A stretch of DNA of 64,000 bases, taken from the NCBI GenBank assembly GCA_052327205.1, contig CM126231.1, positions 20,336,001-20,400,000 of the forward strand. Direction: 5' to 3'. Positions 27,308-40,437 of the stretch are shown here, in pieces. Under the pieces are notes generated by a model, which saw nothing but the letters and a program-made list of their open reading frames with translations, had not been told where the DNA came from and did not search any database. A program made the position numbers and the translations under genes. The DNA comes from Somniosus microcephalus (lineage: Eukaryota). Positions within the stretch are counted from its first letter, which is position 1. The number at the start of each line of letters is the position of its first letter.

Positions 27308-27695
27308 GGGTACGGTATCATAGTGGTAACGTTACTGGGCTAGTAATCCAGAGGCCTGGACTAATGATCCAGAGACATGAGTTCAAATCCCACCACGGCA
27401 GCTGGGGAATTTAAATTCAGTTAATTAAATAAATCTGGAATAAAAAGCTAGTGTCAGTAATGGTGACCTTGGAACTACCGGATTGTCGTAAAAACCCATC
27501 TGGTTCACTAATGTCCTTTAGGGAAGGAAATCTGCCGCCCTTACCCGGTCTGGCCTATATGTGACTCCAGACCCACAGCAATGTGGTTGACTCTTAACTG
27601 CCCTCTGAAATGGCAGCTCGCCACCACCCCCTCAAGGGCAATAAATGCTGGCCTTGCCAGCGATGCCTACATCCTGTGAATGAATAAAACAAAAA
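27308..27695 (+). mobile_element. tRNA-derived SINE (Meta-domain-like), near full length
   Basis: A-box-like tagtggt, B-box gagttcaaatcc, core ggttcactaatgtcctttagggaaggaaatctgcc, tail aataaatgctggccttgccagcgatgcc. Confidence 0.8.
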
Positions 27696-28447
27696 GTTTC
27701 CATTGGGGAGGTATTAGTTAAATTATCTGACTGCAACATAATTCTGTCCCTTTATCTTATAGTGCAAGTATTTGACAATGGTTTGCGTTGGCTGATAGCT
27801 CTGACCTGAAGCCTTTTTCTTGGTGCAAAGCCTAACCATCGAGGAGAAAAAGCTTTCCTTGTGCTACGAGCTAGAATTGGACATAGTGCCAGCAGTAGGT
27901 GACTATAGTATTTAGATTGACCAAAAGGGAGAAATCTGAGAAGTTATGTTTTTTTTTGCCACTGAGAAATTCAATCTGCACTTTCTTGAGAACTAAAGTT
28001 TGATGAGAAGGTTTTGCTTTTCACTGTGTGGGAAAAGCTGTGCCGTACTTTGTGGTGCAAACTGATCTCTCCTCAGCAGGACTAAACAACAGATCTCATG
28101 AAATGTTTGAAACATGCGAGTTGGTGTTACCTTATCATCTCCGTCCAAATGCAGTGATCTCCGTCCAAATGCAGTGATAAGTGCTTCAAGGTTTGTCTGA
28201 GCAATCACCATATTCAAAGTAGATTGTCCATCTCTGTAGCGCTCTCTAATTTACATTTTATTAGGGATTTGAGGTCAATTGGTTCAAATAATGCGACCAT
28301 AATGCGTTTATCTTGAGCTCCCAAATCATGTTACAATTTCTTCACCTTATGATCCCTTTTCTTTCCTCTCCCTCAGAGGCCCCAATCTTGCCTCCCAGAA
28401 AATAGGCAAGTGCGTTCAGCCCACCAGTGAGTGCTGAATAATTCTTA

Positions 28448-29105
28448 GGGGGAAAAATTCAGTATCGCCCCATTTGGGGCGTCATTATCGGCTGTGCGCA
28501 AAGTTTAGCGCCTGGTGCTAATTATCGCCTCCGACAGCAAACTTGGCTTTTATCGCCTCTGGAGGTGATTGGAGCGCTAAATCAGGTGCTACACACCTCT
28601 CAAGGCGCAAAGGCCGAGGAGCGAGGCGCTACTTCAGAGCGCGGGTGCAGCAAGAAAGGGCAAATCAAAATGAACCTGCAAAGTGCTCCTTCACACAGCG
28701 CTGAATCTCTCCAGAAGTCTCTCTCTCTCTCTCACAGAATGAGTGGTGCAAAAATGTCACCGGCAAAAAAAGGCAGGAAGCGTAGCCTTTAAATAGCGCT
28801 CCCCCAGTCCCTTTCTGACAGCAAAACGCTCCCCTCAACCTGTCGTTGCTAGCGGCAGGCGGTAAGGCAGGGGGAGCCACTCAATATCCGGTCTGTGGCG
28901 CTAACGAGGCATTGCGCACTCGACTGACATCACGATCTGCCAGCGCAGGAGATCGTGGCGGTAGTGTTTAGCGCCACCGCAAAATGTCTGGTTAATTTCG
29001 CGAGCGGCGCAAACATCGCCGTGCCCGGCCGCTAGTTGCTTTGCGCCCCAATTGCCGCCCTCTTAAGGCGCTAACGGGAGGCGCAAACAACTGACTTTTT
29101 CCCCC
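28448..29105. mobile_element. PIF/Harbinger-type MITE
   Basis: TIRs GGGGGAAAAATTCAG / CTGACTTTTTCCCCC; canonical TTA TSD; subterminal similarity to 46640-46973. Confidence 0.85.
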
Positions 29106-30164
29106 TTAGTAACTTGTCCTTTCATGAAATCTCCTTCAGCCTGGAGCACTTGCTAAAATGCCCAGCTCACCCTAAACTAGGGCACGACCTGACAATGTTT
29201 CTGAAGCGAATTAAAATTTTCATGAGACGCATCATTCATCAACTGAATTTACTGGAACAATTCATACTTGCAACTTAATTCATCAAAGTACTCAAATGAG
29301 TCAATCTTTACATAGATGTATAATTGGGAGCAATGATGTATAAAATTACTTCAGTTTGCATGTACAGCACACTAAACATCTGGCCTGCCAATTCCCCTAT
29401 TAACCTTCAGTTGTTAACAGAACCTTCTTGTTAACTCATCACTCTGCATCTATGTGGAACCACATCTGGAATGGCATTCCAATCCGGGGCCTGTGCCATT
29501 AGTTCATTACCACAGAAACTTGGGCCTTTCTACCTAGACAGTCCCAGTGTGAAGGCATGCGTATCAATTGCCAAGAACATATTTTTGATTGTTTTAATTT
29601 TGCTGAAACTGTTCCTCCAGCAAGTCCTCAAGTCCTTGTAAATTGGCAATAATACCAATTTGGGGCCCTTACCCGGGAAGGGGGTTCTGTTGCGATAAGG
29701 TGGCCACACCATCCGGTTCCAATTTTCTGCCCTCGTCCGTGCTTTTTGGGATCATCGGTTCCCAAAGTCTTCAACTGAGCAGGAATTCTGACTCAGGTCA
29801 TCGGTGATTTTATGCAATAATTGTGATTTAGGATGTAGCCCCTTAAAGTCCAGTTGCCGTATGAGCAAAATTCCTCTGGGAATATTGTTGACGTGCAAGC
29901 TTCCAGCACCACTGCTCCGTTCCATGTGACCGTTCCAGGCCGAGGATGTGATCGGCCAGAAAACCTTGTGGCTAATTGCTCTGGTCCCACCTCATCCTGT
30001 CTCCAGACCTAATGACCACTGCAGTCTTCTGAGGTCCATCATAGTGGACGTTCTCAGATAGCGATGAGCTCTAGTGCAATATGGGCATTACAAAGCCGAT
30101 GTGAGTATTTAACCTCTCCTTGTAATCCTCACAAAAGGAAGATTACATGGGTTAATTTAAGACA

Positions 30165-30392
30165 CCAATCTCTGCCTTCAGCCACCCAGCCTTAAACTCT
30201 GGAATTCCCTCCCTAAACCTCTCCATCTCTCTCTCTCATTTAAGATGCTCCTTCAAAACCTATTACTTTCACCAAGCTTTTGGTCAACTGTCCTGATGTC
30301 TCCTCTTTTGGCTCAGTCTCGATTTTTGTCCTGTGGAGCGCCTTGGGGCGATTTACTGCAGTAAAGGCGCTAGATAAATGCAAGCTGTTGTT
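30165..30392 (+). mobile_element. L2 3' end
   Basis: ctctggaattccctccct (LWNSLP), cttaaaacc-like segment, tail gtggagcgccttgggg..aaaggcgctagataaatgcaagctgttgtt. Confidence 0.8.
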
Positions 30393-30689
30393 AATGCCCA
30401 CAAATCATTTGAGGTTTGCTCATATTATGACATCCTTATGAACTGTGCTGCTGCCCGAAACTCTCAGCCATCCCACTGTTGCTCAGAGGTAAAAATCTGA
30501 AACCAAAGCAGGAGATGGTGAAAATGCTCAGCAGGCTAAAGCAGGATCTGAAAGAGACAGGCACGTTAGTGATTCATGTGTAACCCTGATGAAGGGTTCT
30601 GAGAAACAGTTTCACTTAGATCGTTCACTGAAGCTGTTTATATAGGTTGTGCACGCAGAAAATAAGAGCGCATTTATTGAACAGCTGCA

Positions 30690-31303
30690 GTAATAAGAGC
30701 AGGTCAGAGGCCGGGTATTCTGCAACGAGTGCCTCAACTCCTGACTCCCCAAAGCCTTTCCACCATCTACAAGGCACAAGTCAGGAGTGTGATGAATACT
30801 CTCCACTTGCCTGGATGAGTGCAGCTCCAACAACACTCAAGAAGCTCGACACCATCCAGGACAAAGCAGCCCACTTGATTGGCACCCCATCCACCACCTT
30901 AAATATTCACTCCCTCCACCACCGGCGTACCGTGGCTGCAGTGTGTACCATCTACAAGATGCACTGCAGCAACTCGCCAAGGCTTCTTCGGCAGCACCTC
31001 CCAAACCCGCGACCTGTTCCACCTAGAAGGACAAGGGCAGCAGGCGCATGGGAACACCACCACCTCCAAGTTCCCCTCCAAGTCACACACCATCCTGACT
31101 TAGAAGTATATCGCCGTTCCTTCATTGTCGCTGGGTCAAAATCCTGGAACTCTCCCTAACAGCACTGTGGGAGCACCTTCACCACACGGACTGCAGCGGT
31201 TCAAGAAGGCGGCTCGCCACCACCTTCTCAAGGGCAACTAGGGATGGGCAATAAATGCTGGCCTTGCCAGCAATGCCCACATTCCACGAACGAATGAAAA
31301 AAA
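30690..31303 (+). mobile_element. CR1-group LINE (second family) 3' fragment
   Basis: EYSPLAWMSAAPTTLKKLDTIQDKA, SLHHRR, WNS; tail cttctcaagggcaactagggatgggcaataaatgctggcc. Confidence 0.85.
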
Positions 31304-31806
31304 CCTCTTCAATGTGGACAGCTTCACTCTTTCAATGTCTGGCTAACCTGAGCACACACTTTTTCTAATGGAATATTCAGTTTTCCAGCAACCTGTAACT
31401 GAATATGTACGCCCGAGGCAGCCACCTCCAAGGGAGCAAGTACACATCTGCCTTATAAGATTGATAGCATGGATGGGAATGACGCAGTTCATCTGAGACT
31501 CATAGTGGGGCGATCCATGAAGTGGACAGGATTTGGTGGTGTGGGCCATTACGTTGGGTTAATAATCTGGAGTTCTGTTGTGTTTTGTTCAGTTTCCTTT
31601 TCGTGATTGTGTTAATCTAAGAGCCCTTTACCAGGCAAGTTGTGCATAACACGGGCCACACAACAGAGCCGGTTGGGTGGGTTGAACAGATCTTTCTCGT
31701 ATTATGCTTACGATTGGTCAGACAAGCGCTGTGGATGACTTCCATTGAAAATTAAGGTGCCGAGTCCCCATTCAGGCGAAGCCATCTTCTGTTGAATTGA
31801 AATAAT

Positions 31807-32538
31807 GGCCCAGAAATTTGGGTCTCCATGGGTGAGGACGCACAGGGTACTCACCCGTAAGCCCAATGGAAGTGCCGGTTTCGTGCATGCACTGCGCATG
31901 CGCGGGAAACCGGCACTTCCGTTCCCTTGAAAGAAGGAGTCGACAGGTGGAACGCGTGCGCCGAAGAGGCTGCGCGTGCGCATGGAACTTACGTTTTTTT
32001 TTGCAGGTTTCTCCGGGAGGGTAAGTCTCCAGCCTGCTTTTAACAAGGTAAGTGGTGAATTAATTAAAATTAAAACATTTTTTCCACAGGTTTATTATTT
32101 TTAAATACTTTAAAGAAAGATAAGTTTATTTTTAGCCCTGTTAAAAGATGTAATTCATTTTTTCAAAAATTTAAATTATTGTTTAAAAGTTATTTTATGT
32201 AATTTATAGTTATTTTAAAAATGTGATTTAAAAAAAATCTATTTGAGGTTTTAGTGATGTTTTGGGGCTTATAGTATTTATAGGTTTGACAGCTCTCCCT
32301 GTCAAACTTATGAATAAAGCATTCCCTGCTACCATTGGCTCTCCATGGCCCACGTGATCCCAGGGGACGCATCGAATTAACTGCGCCCCTGGGATATGCA
32401 AGCACTGCGCGCCGGCAGTTGGAGGAGGCCCAGGATCGGAATCCCACGCGGGCCCACAGCTCAACGGCCGGCGCGCTAGGTAAGTGCAGGTCGGGGGCTT
32501 GCACCCGCGGGAAGCCCCCCGACCCAAATTTCTGGGCC
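31807..32538. mobile_element. PIF/Harbinger-type MITE
   Basis: Perfect 18-bp TIR GGCCCAGAAATTTGGGTC / GACCCAAATTTCTGGGCC; TSD AAT; GC-rich ends, AT-rich core. Confidence 0.85.
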
Positions 32539-34547
32539 AATGGGTATGAAGCAACAGGGCAGTGTTAGCGTACATTTAAACGCATGTCCTCTTACTGACA
32601 TTTTGTGTAAATTAGCAGTATAGGAGAGCTAGTCCTGCTAGACCATTGATCCCTTTGCGTGTGCCATTCTCCACTGTTCAGTACCAATATATACCAACTG
32701 ATAATGAGATCTACACCGTTAAAAGTTGCTTCTTCAGCCACTGTTGGTGGGCCATATATTTGCTTATCTTGTATAAAAGTACAACTGAAATATTAAGGAA
32801 CAGCATTTCTTTCTTCTAAGTACTTGTCCAGCCTCAAACTGTACTGTGTAGTTCAGACCTCGGGGTCAGTCACTCACTGGGCTCACTCGGGGACTGCTGC
32901 CGGCTGGTTTGAGCTTGTGGTTGGGACCAAGGCCGCAGAACGCAGACTTAAAAAAGGCTGCAGAATGGTCAACCTCGGGGGGGGGGGGGGGAGAGGGTTT
33001 TGCGTGGGATGGTTTCAGCCCGTTCCCGGAGAGAAAAATGCTTATTTTGGCAAGTCGTCAGGTTGCCGCACTGGCCTGCTGTTTTACTTAAGAATATTTG
33101 CATGAAGGGTTTATGACCAGGGGGAGGAAAGAGAAGAGAATATCCAGGGTGTTCTGCGCCATTTAACGAAATCAAACAATTCAGTGGAATGGTGGGTCAA
33201 TCTGCCACATATTCAATCATCGTTTGAAATAAAGTAGTATTACTTAAAACATTCCAGTACTTGATACAAGTCAACCGGTAGAAAAAAAGAATTGGACTTA
33301 ATCAAGACAACTAGACTTGTAGACTGTGCAAATTGGTGCTGTTGTAGAATAGAAAGTGCCCAGCAGTGTATGGAAGATAAGGCAAGAAACCTGTGGAGCA
33401 ATTTACCTTTTTATAATTATTTCCCCTCCAAAAAGTACAGGTTGGCTCATCTATAACTGTTAACTGCAATTAAAAACTAAAATGGGTGTCGAGCCTGAGT
33501 GTTGTGTTTGGATTCTGAATTTATCATAGAACGGTTACAGTACAGAAGGAGGCCATTCAGCCCGTTGAGCCCGTGCCAGCTCTCTGCGAGAGCACTTCAG
33601 CTAGTCCCAATCTCCCGCCCTTTCTCCGTAGCCCTGCAAATCTTTTTCTTCAGGTACTTATCCAATTCCCTTTTGAAAGCCACGATTGAATCTGCCTCCA
33701 CCACCCTTTCAGGCAGTGCATTCCAGATCATAACCACTCGCTGTGTAAAAAAGTTTTCCCTCATGTCACCTTTAGTTCTACTGCCAATCACCTTAAATCT
33801 GTGTCCTCTGGTTCTCGACCCTTCCGCCAACGGGAACAGTTTCTCTCTATCTACTCTGTCTCGACCCCTCTTGATTTTGAACACTTCTATGAAATCTCCT
33901 CTCAACCTTCTCTGCTCTAAGGAGAACAACCCCAGCTTCTCCAGTCTATCCATGTAACTGAAGTCCCTCATCCCTGGAACCATTCTTGTAAATCTTTTCT
34001 GCACCCTTTCTAAGGCCTTCACATCCTTCCTAAAGTGTGGTGCCCAGAATTGGACACAATACTCCAGTGTTTTATAAAGGTTCAACATAACTTCCTTGCT
34101 TTTGTACTCTATGCCTCTATTTATGAAACCCAGGATCCCGTATGCTTTTTTAACCGCTTTCTCAACCTGCCCTGCCACCTTCAACAATTTGTGCACAAAT
34201 ACCCCCGGGTCTCTCTGTTCATGCACCCCCTTTAGGATTGTACCCTTTAGTTTATATTGCCTCGCCTCATTCTTCCTACCAAAATGTATCACTTCGCACT
34301 TTTCCGTGTTAAATTTCATCTGCCAAGTGTCCGCCCATTTCACCAGCCTGTCTATGTCTCCTTGAAGTCTATCACTATCCTCCTCACTGTTCACTATACT
34401 TCCAAGTTTTGAGTCATCTGCAAATTTTAAAATTGTGCCCTGTACACCCAAGTCTAAGTCATTAATATATATCAAGAAAAGCAATGGTCCTAGTACCGAC
34501 CCCTAGGGAACCCCACTGTCTACCTTCCTCCAGTCCGATAAACAGCC

Positions 34548-34760
34548 TGTAGTGTATGTACCTTTAAGGGGAGAACTACTTTTTACAGCTCGTGTATACT
34601 GTAGTACCGGCAGTGACCACACCTGTATATAAACCCTGAGTAGGGATCTGTACTTTAGTTTTAGAGTAACCTGCATCCAGTAAACACCTGTTAATTGTTC
34701 CTCTGCAGTCTCTGTCGATTTATTGAAGAACACCATACATCAACATTCACGGATTCAACA
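34548..34760 (+). repeat. 5' LTR
   Basis: TGTAGTG...TCAACA; TATATAAA and AGTAAA; 2 mismatches versus the 3' LTR. Confidence 0.97.
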
Positions 34761-34761
34761 G

Positions 34762-34771
34762 TGGCGACGAG
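34762..34771 (+). promoter_or_regulatory. Primer-binding site, tRNA-Ser(GCU)-type
   Basis: TGGCGACGAG one nt after the LTR, complementary to the ...CUCGUCGCCA 3' end of vertebrate tRNA-Ser(GCU). Confidence 0.8.
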
Positions 34772-35171
34772 TTGATTCAAACCTACCTGCAATTCTGTAG
34801 AAGGCGGCCGATTCCACCAGTGCGGGTGTCGACCATCCGGAGAGGACTTGAACATCGCAGAGGAGGCTGTGGAGAGCTGGGCTTGGTTCCCCAGTCGAGA
34901 CAATCCAGCACAGCGGGCTGGCAGCAGGTGCGGCGCAGACCCTTCCCGGACGACAGCGGCTGGAGCCGACCGACGGCACACAAAAAGGCCAAGCAGTGTC
35001 GACGGGGTAAGAGAGACGGTGAAGCGCACAGGGCGCAGCCGGGGTTGAAGACCGAGCGGCGTCAACGAGAGAAGGGAAAACGCGCAGAGCGCAGCCGGGG
35101 TTTCAAGGGCTGAGCAGTGTCCGCGGGGGAAGCCATTTTGAGCCAGCGGAGAAGAAGGGAGAGCGCGGGAG

Positions 35172-38100
35172 ATGCCATTTTTAGCCAGTCTAACCACACC
35201 CAAGAGTGGCAGTGTCACAGCATTCGACAATGAAGTCGAAGATTGGGCAACATATATAGAACATGTAGAAGTGTACTGCAAGGCGAATGAAGTGCCAGAT
35301 GCCAGGAAAGCACTGGTATTGTTGAATTCCATGGGTGCAAAAACGTATGGCTTACTGCGAAACCTAATAACCCCAGAGAAGCCAGTGGAAAAGGATTTTG
35401 AAAGCATAGTGGCAATCCTACAGGACCACTTAAACCCCACACCGCTGCTGATAGCCGAAAGATTTAAGTTTCACAAAAGGAACCAGCATAAAGATGAAAG
35501 TAATGCTGAGTATTTAACGGAACTGCGCAAACTATCGAAACACTGCCAGTTTGGAACGGGACTAGCAGATACTTTAAGGGACAAGTTTGTGTGTGGGCTT
35601 CAAAGTGAAGGAACCCAGAAACGGCTTCTATCAGAAAAGGATCTTACGCTGGACAAGGCTTTCAGCATGGCAGTATCACACGAAGCAGCCGCACGGGGCG
35701 CTGCAGAGATACAACGGAGACCGCAAGAATATGGCACAAATGAAATGTCATATGGAGCAGTGAAGTGTTATCGCTGCGGCAAAACAACACACGACCACAA
35801 GGACTGTTGGTTCAAGGACCAAGTGTGCAGACAGTGTGGAAAAGTAGGACACAGAGCAAGTGTCTGCAGGTCGGGAAAGAAAACCAGCAGCAAGAAATCT
35901 CCACAGGAGAAGTACAAAAAGGTACATAAGGTGACGGAGAGTAGTTCAGACGAACAGAAAAGTGATACAGACTCCAGAAGCAAGGAGCTGGGTTGTCTGA
36001 AACTACATCATGTAATCAAAATGGAGGATCACCAAACTATCTGGGTCACGCTCAAGATAGACGGAGTCCAAGCGAAAATGGAATTGGACACAGGATCAGC
36101 CCTAACAGTCATAAACCAAAGGGACTACAAGCGGCCATTCTCACATATACCCTTGAGAGATACAGAGATTGTCTTGAAGACGTACACGGGGCAAAAAGTC
36201 TACCCCAAAGGAAAAATAAGGGTGAACGTGATATACAACGGCAAGGAAACACCAAAAATGGACCTATATGTATTGCCAGATGGAGGACCGCCACTACTAG
36301 GGCGTGAATGGATCCGGAAGATACAGCTAGATTGGCATTCCGTACAAGCACTGACTGTAGATGCTAAAAAGGAGGACGACGTCACACCGGGACCACTGTC
36401 AAAAATGCTAACTGACGCACAAGAAGTGTTCCAGGAGGGACTCGGAACACTAAAAGGCATAACAGCAACGATCAAAATAGAGGAAAATGCAAGCCCAAAG
36501 TTTTTTTTAAGGCCAGACCGGTACCTTATGCGATCTGCTCAGCCGTCAAAGCAGAGCTGGAAGGTTTGGAACGTTCAGGAGTGCTATCCAAAGTGGGCTG
36601 GAGCGAGTGGGCTACACCCATCGTTCCTGTAATGAAGAGGTCGTTGAGTAATACGCCTGGGGAACCAAAGAAGGTTCGCATCTGTGGGGACTTTAAGGTG
36701 ACAGTGAACCCAGTCCTTCACACTGTACAATATCCGCTTCCGCGGATTGAAGATATTTTCGCCTCGCTATCTGGAGGGAAACGCTTCACTAAGATTGATC
36801 TGGCCCAGGCGTACCTGCAAATGGAGGTGGAAGAAGCCTCGAAACAGTACTTCACGATCAACACTCAAAGGTCTCTACCAATACAACCGGCTGGTGTTCG
36901 GGGTAGCATCAGCTCCGGCTATTTGGCAAAGGGCAATGGATCAAGTCCTGCAAGGGATTCCAGGGACCCAGTGTTATTTGGACGACATCCTGGTTACGGG
37001 CGAAAATGACAGTGATCACCTCGCCAACCTGGAGCAGGTGCTCACTAGGTTGAAGGATTATGGGCTCCGAGCTAATCGCCACAAATGCGAGTTTTTCCAG
37101 AAGCAGATCTCGTATTGTGGCCATGTTATTGATGAAGAGGGGTTACATAAGTCCCCTGAAAAGATTGAGGCAGTAGTCAAGGCTCCAGCACCGGAAAATG
37201 TGTCACAACTGAGGTCGTTCCTCGGGTTGGTGAACTACTACCATAAGTTCTTGCCGAATTTGTCCACAGTTCTACACCCACTGAACACCCTGCTGCAAAC
37301 GGGGGTTCCATGGAAGTGGAATGACGAATGTAAACAAGCTTTCCAGAAGTGCAAAGAATTGATCACATCAAAAGAGGTGTTGGCTCATTTCAACCCAGCA
37401 CTACCAATTCGGCTGGCGTGTGATGCATCACCCTATGGCATTGGAGCGGTGCTGTCGCACAAATTCCCGGATGGCTCGGAGAGGCCAGTAGCCTTTGCGT
37501 CTCGGTCACTAACCTCAGCCGAGCGTAACTATGCCCAGATTGACAGGGAGGCCCTCAGCCTAGTGTGGGGAGTGAAAAAGTTCAACCACTATCTGCACGG
37601 GCAGAAGTTCACCTTGCTGACTGACCACCAACCACTTGTCTCCATCTTTAACCCAAAGAAGGGCGTTCCGGTGATGACTGCGCAACGGCTACAAAGATGG
37701 TCCCTTTTTCTAGGGGTGCACCAATATGATATCGAGTATAAGGGTACGAAACAGCATGGAAATGCTGATGGGCTATCACGCCTGCCACTACCTACTGCAG
37801 AGGAAGCACCAGCAGTGGATCCTGTCGAAATATTTCATTCGACTATAATTGAATGCTTGCCAGTAACTAACGCTGGTATAGAGAAGGAGACCCGAAATGA
37901 CCCAACACTGTCTCGGGTATATGACTTGAAGGTGAAGGGATGGCCAGCACATGGCGACTCACTGTTGCCAGCATTCTCATCCAGAAGAGAACAGCTGTCA
38001 GTATGCCAGGGGACCTTGATGTGTGGATCCCGAGTGGTAATTCCACCGAAGTTAAGGGAGAGAGTGCTCAATGAGCTTCACGAAGGCCATCTGGGAGGGG

Positions 38101-39143
38101 TGAAAATGAAAAGCCTTGCTAGGGCTTATGTGTGGTGGCCGGGGATCGATCAGCAAATCGAGGACCTGACAAAGAGTTGCTCAGGATGCCAGAAGGTCCA
38201 AAATGCACCACCACATGCCCCTCTACACCCATGGGAGTGGCCCTCATCTCCATGGCAACGGGTGCATATTGATTTTGCTGGTCCATTCATGGACTCAATG
38301 TTTCTAATAGCTGTGGATACGCACTCGAAATGGCCTGAGGTGATCAAAATGTCCTCCACCACCACGGAGAAAACTATTGCAGTCCTACGGACCATCTTTG
38401 CCAGGAACGGCTTGCCAGAGCAGATTTGCTCTGATAACGGACCACAGTTTGTGTCCGAAGAGTTTCGAAGATTTATGAAAAGGAATGGGGTAAGGCATTA
38501 CACCTCCACTCCGTATCATCCAGCCACCAATGGATTGGCTGAGAGGTTTGTATAAACCTTTAAAAAAGCAGTAAGGGCCATGTGCGATGATGACATTCCA
38601 CTGCAGCATAAGGTGGACAATTTCCTGTTAGCCTACAGAAATGCGACACATACAGTTACCAACCAGACCCCGGCCATGATGTTCTTTAACCGAAGGCTGA
38701 GATCTCGTCTGGATTTGCTCAGACCAAATGTGCGAAGAAATGTTGAGGATAAGCAATTCCAGCACATCAATGAGAAGATGACAAGGAGCTTCAATGTAGG
38801 ACAACCAGTCTTGGCCCGCGGCTACCGAACAGAGAAATGGCAACCCGGAACGATATGCACACGGCAGGGGCCACTAATGTACACAGTGGATGTCGGGGAG
38901 AACATTGTGAGACGCCATGTCGACCAGATCCTAGCGTCACAGGAACGAGTCAACCCCATGTCTCGCGTACCTGGAGATGAACCTGACATACCGGTAGCAT
39001 CTACCCCAGAAACAGTAGCAGCGGAAACTGATGAACTAACCAATGACAGGGGGCCAGAATCGCCTCCGCACGAAGAACAAGACACTCAGGAAAGGCGCTA
39101 TCCAGAAAGGATCAGGAAGCTGCCCCAAAGACTGAATCTATAA
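35172..39143 (+). pseudogene. gag-pol polyprotein with 2 frameshifts and 1 stop
   Basis: Two CCHC knuckles (CYRCGKTTHDHKDC, CRQCGKVGHRASVC), protease LDTGS, RT YLDD, RNase H CDAS, integrase HEGH..CSGC, HIDFAG, SDNG, NGLAERFV; lesions near 36505, near 36865 and TAA at 38553. Confidence 0.93.
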
Positions 39144-39215
39144 ATGGACTATTTCAGTTAAATGTGCATGTTAAAGTGTTAACTGTTATTTGAATGTTGT
39201 GGGTACTGTTAATCT

Positions 39216-39228
39216 AAAAGGGGAGGAA
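39216..39228 (+). promoter_or_regulatory. Polypurine tract
   Basis: AAAAGGGGAGGAA one nt before the 3' LTR. Confidence 0.9.
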
Positions 39229-39229
39229 T

Positions 39230-39442
39230 TGTAGTGTATGTACCTTTAAGGGGAGAACTACTTTTTACAGCTCCTGTATACTGTAGTACCGGCAGTGACC
39301 ACACCTGTATATAAACCCAGAGTAGGGATCTGTACTTTAGTTTTAGAGTAACCTGCATCCAGTAAACACCTGTTAATTGTTCCTCTGCAGTCTCTGTCGA
39401 TTTATTGAAGAACACCATACATCAACATTCACGGATTCAACA
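39230..39442 (+). repeat. 3' LTR
   Basis: 211/213 identical to 34548-34760 by manual comparison. Confidence 0.97.
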
Positions 39443-40021
39443 CAACCGTTCACCACTACTCTTTGTTTCCTGTCACTTTGCCAATTTCGTATCCATGCTC
39501 AGCCAATTTCATATCCATCAATGCAATGTTGATTTGCAGTTTGCTTTTAGGTCTCACTGTTCTTTATTGTTTTTAGCCTAACTGGTCATGCTCGTAGAGA
39601 ACACTTGGTCTCGGTGTATTTAAAAGGATGATACCGACAGTCTTGCTATTCCATTGTCCAGGATGATTATTCGGTCTCTTTTTTGCACCATGTGCTGTAC
39701 ACCATTACCTAGATAAAAGGACAGGCCGGTGATTTTGCACCAAGGCATCTCCAGGGTTCAAAGATGCCGAAAGACCTTGCCATTAATGCTTTCCCTTTTG
39801 CCAGGTCCCGCAGCAATCAACCCATCGTCGACCGGGGAGATGTCTGACCCTCGGGTTTGGTGTTCCTGTGGAGCGCAGCGAGTAGAGCTAATCTGCGTGC
39901 ATCCAGCTACTCGTGGTGTGCAACAGCCCTGGTTGACTTAGGTTCAGATTCCACCTTGAAAGGAAGTGTCTGCTTCTGACCAAGGCCCGTCTGGCTGAGG
40001 AAGTGAACTTGAATACCAACG

Positions 40022-40437
40022 ATGGCTCAGTGGGCAGCACTCGCATCTCTGAGTCGGAAGGCTGTGGGTTCAAGGTCCCACTCCAGGAGGCTCGAGCGCA
40101 AAAATCTAGGCTGCTACTCCAGTGCAATACTGAGGGAGCGCTGCACAGTCGGAGCTGTCTTTCAGATAGAGACATTAAACCGAGGCCCTGTCTGCTCTCT
40201 CAGGTGGACATAAAAGATCACATGGCAGTATTTTGAAGACGAGCAGGGGAATTCTCCCTGGTGTCCTGGCCAATATTTATCCCTCAACCAACATCACTAA
40301 AACCATTGCTGTTTGTGGGAGCTTGCTGTGCGCCACATTTCCCTACATTACAACGGTGACTACACTTCAAAAAGTACTTAATTGGCTGTAAAGCGCTTAG
40401 GGGCGTCTTGAAAGGCACGATATAAATGTCTTTCTTT
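40022..40437 (+). mobile_element. DeuSINE (SacSINE1-like)
   Basis: tggctcagtggg A-box, gggttcaag B-box, Deu core, tail gaaaggcacgatataaatg. Confidence 0.85.

Larger units (their letters stand above)
34548..39442 (+). mobile_element. Full-length Ty3/Gypsy LTR retrotransposon, Mag-like
   Basis: Two 213-bp TGT...ACA LTRs, PBS, PPT, gag-PR-RT-RH-IN order, 5-bp TSD CAGCC/CAACC. Confidence 0.97.
33523..39500 (-). mobile_element. CR1 3' fragment (33523-34547 plus 39443-39500) split by a Gypsy insertion
   Basis: ORF 33597-34484 (LFLIYINDL, KFADDSK, WNALP); CR1 sequence resumes caaccgttcaccactactct after the Gypsy 3' LTR. Confidence 0.9.

Noticed and set aside
36490-36570. Programmed frameshift between protease and RT in the Gypsy element
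   Set aside because: The shift lies inside pol rather than at the gag/pol boundary, in a T-run; an indel is more likely
39805-39945. Possible host exon after the acceptor ttcccttttgccAG, with retained CpGs
   Set aside because: No recognisable protein in any frame and no clear donor; needs RNA-seq
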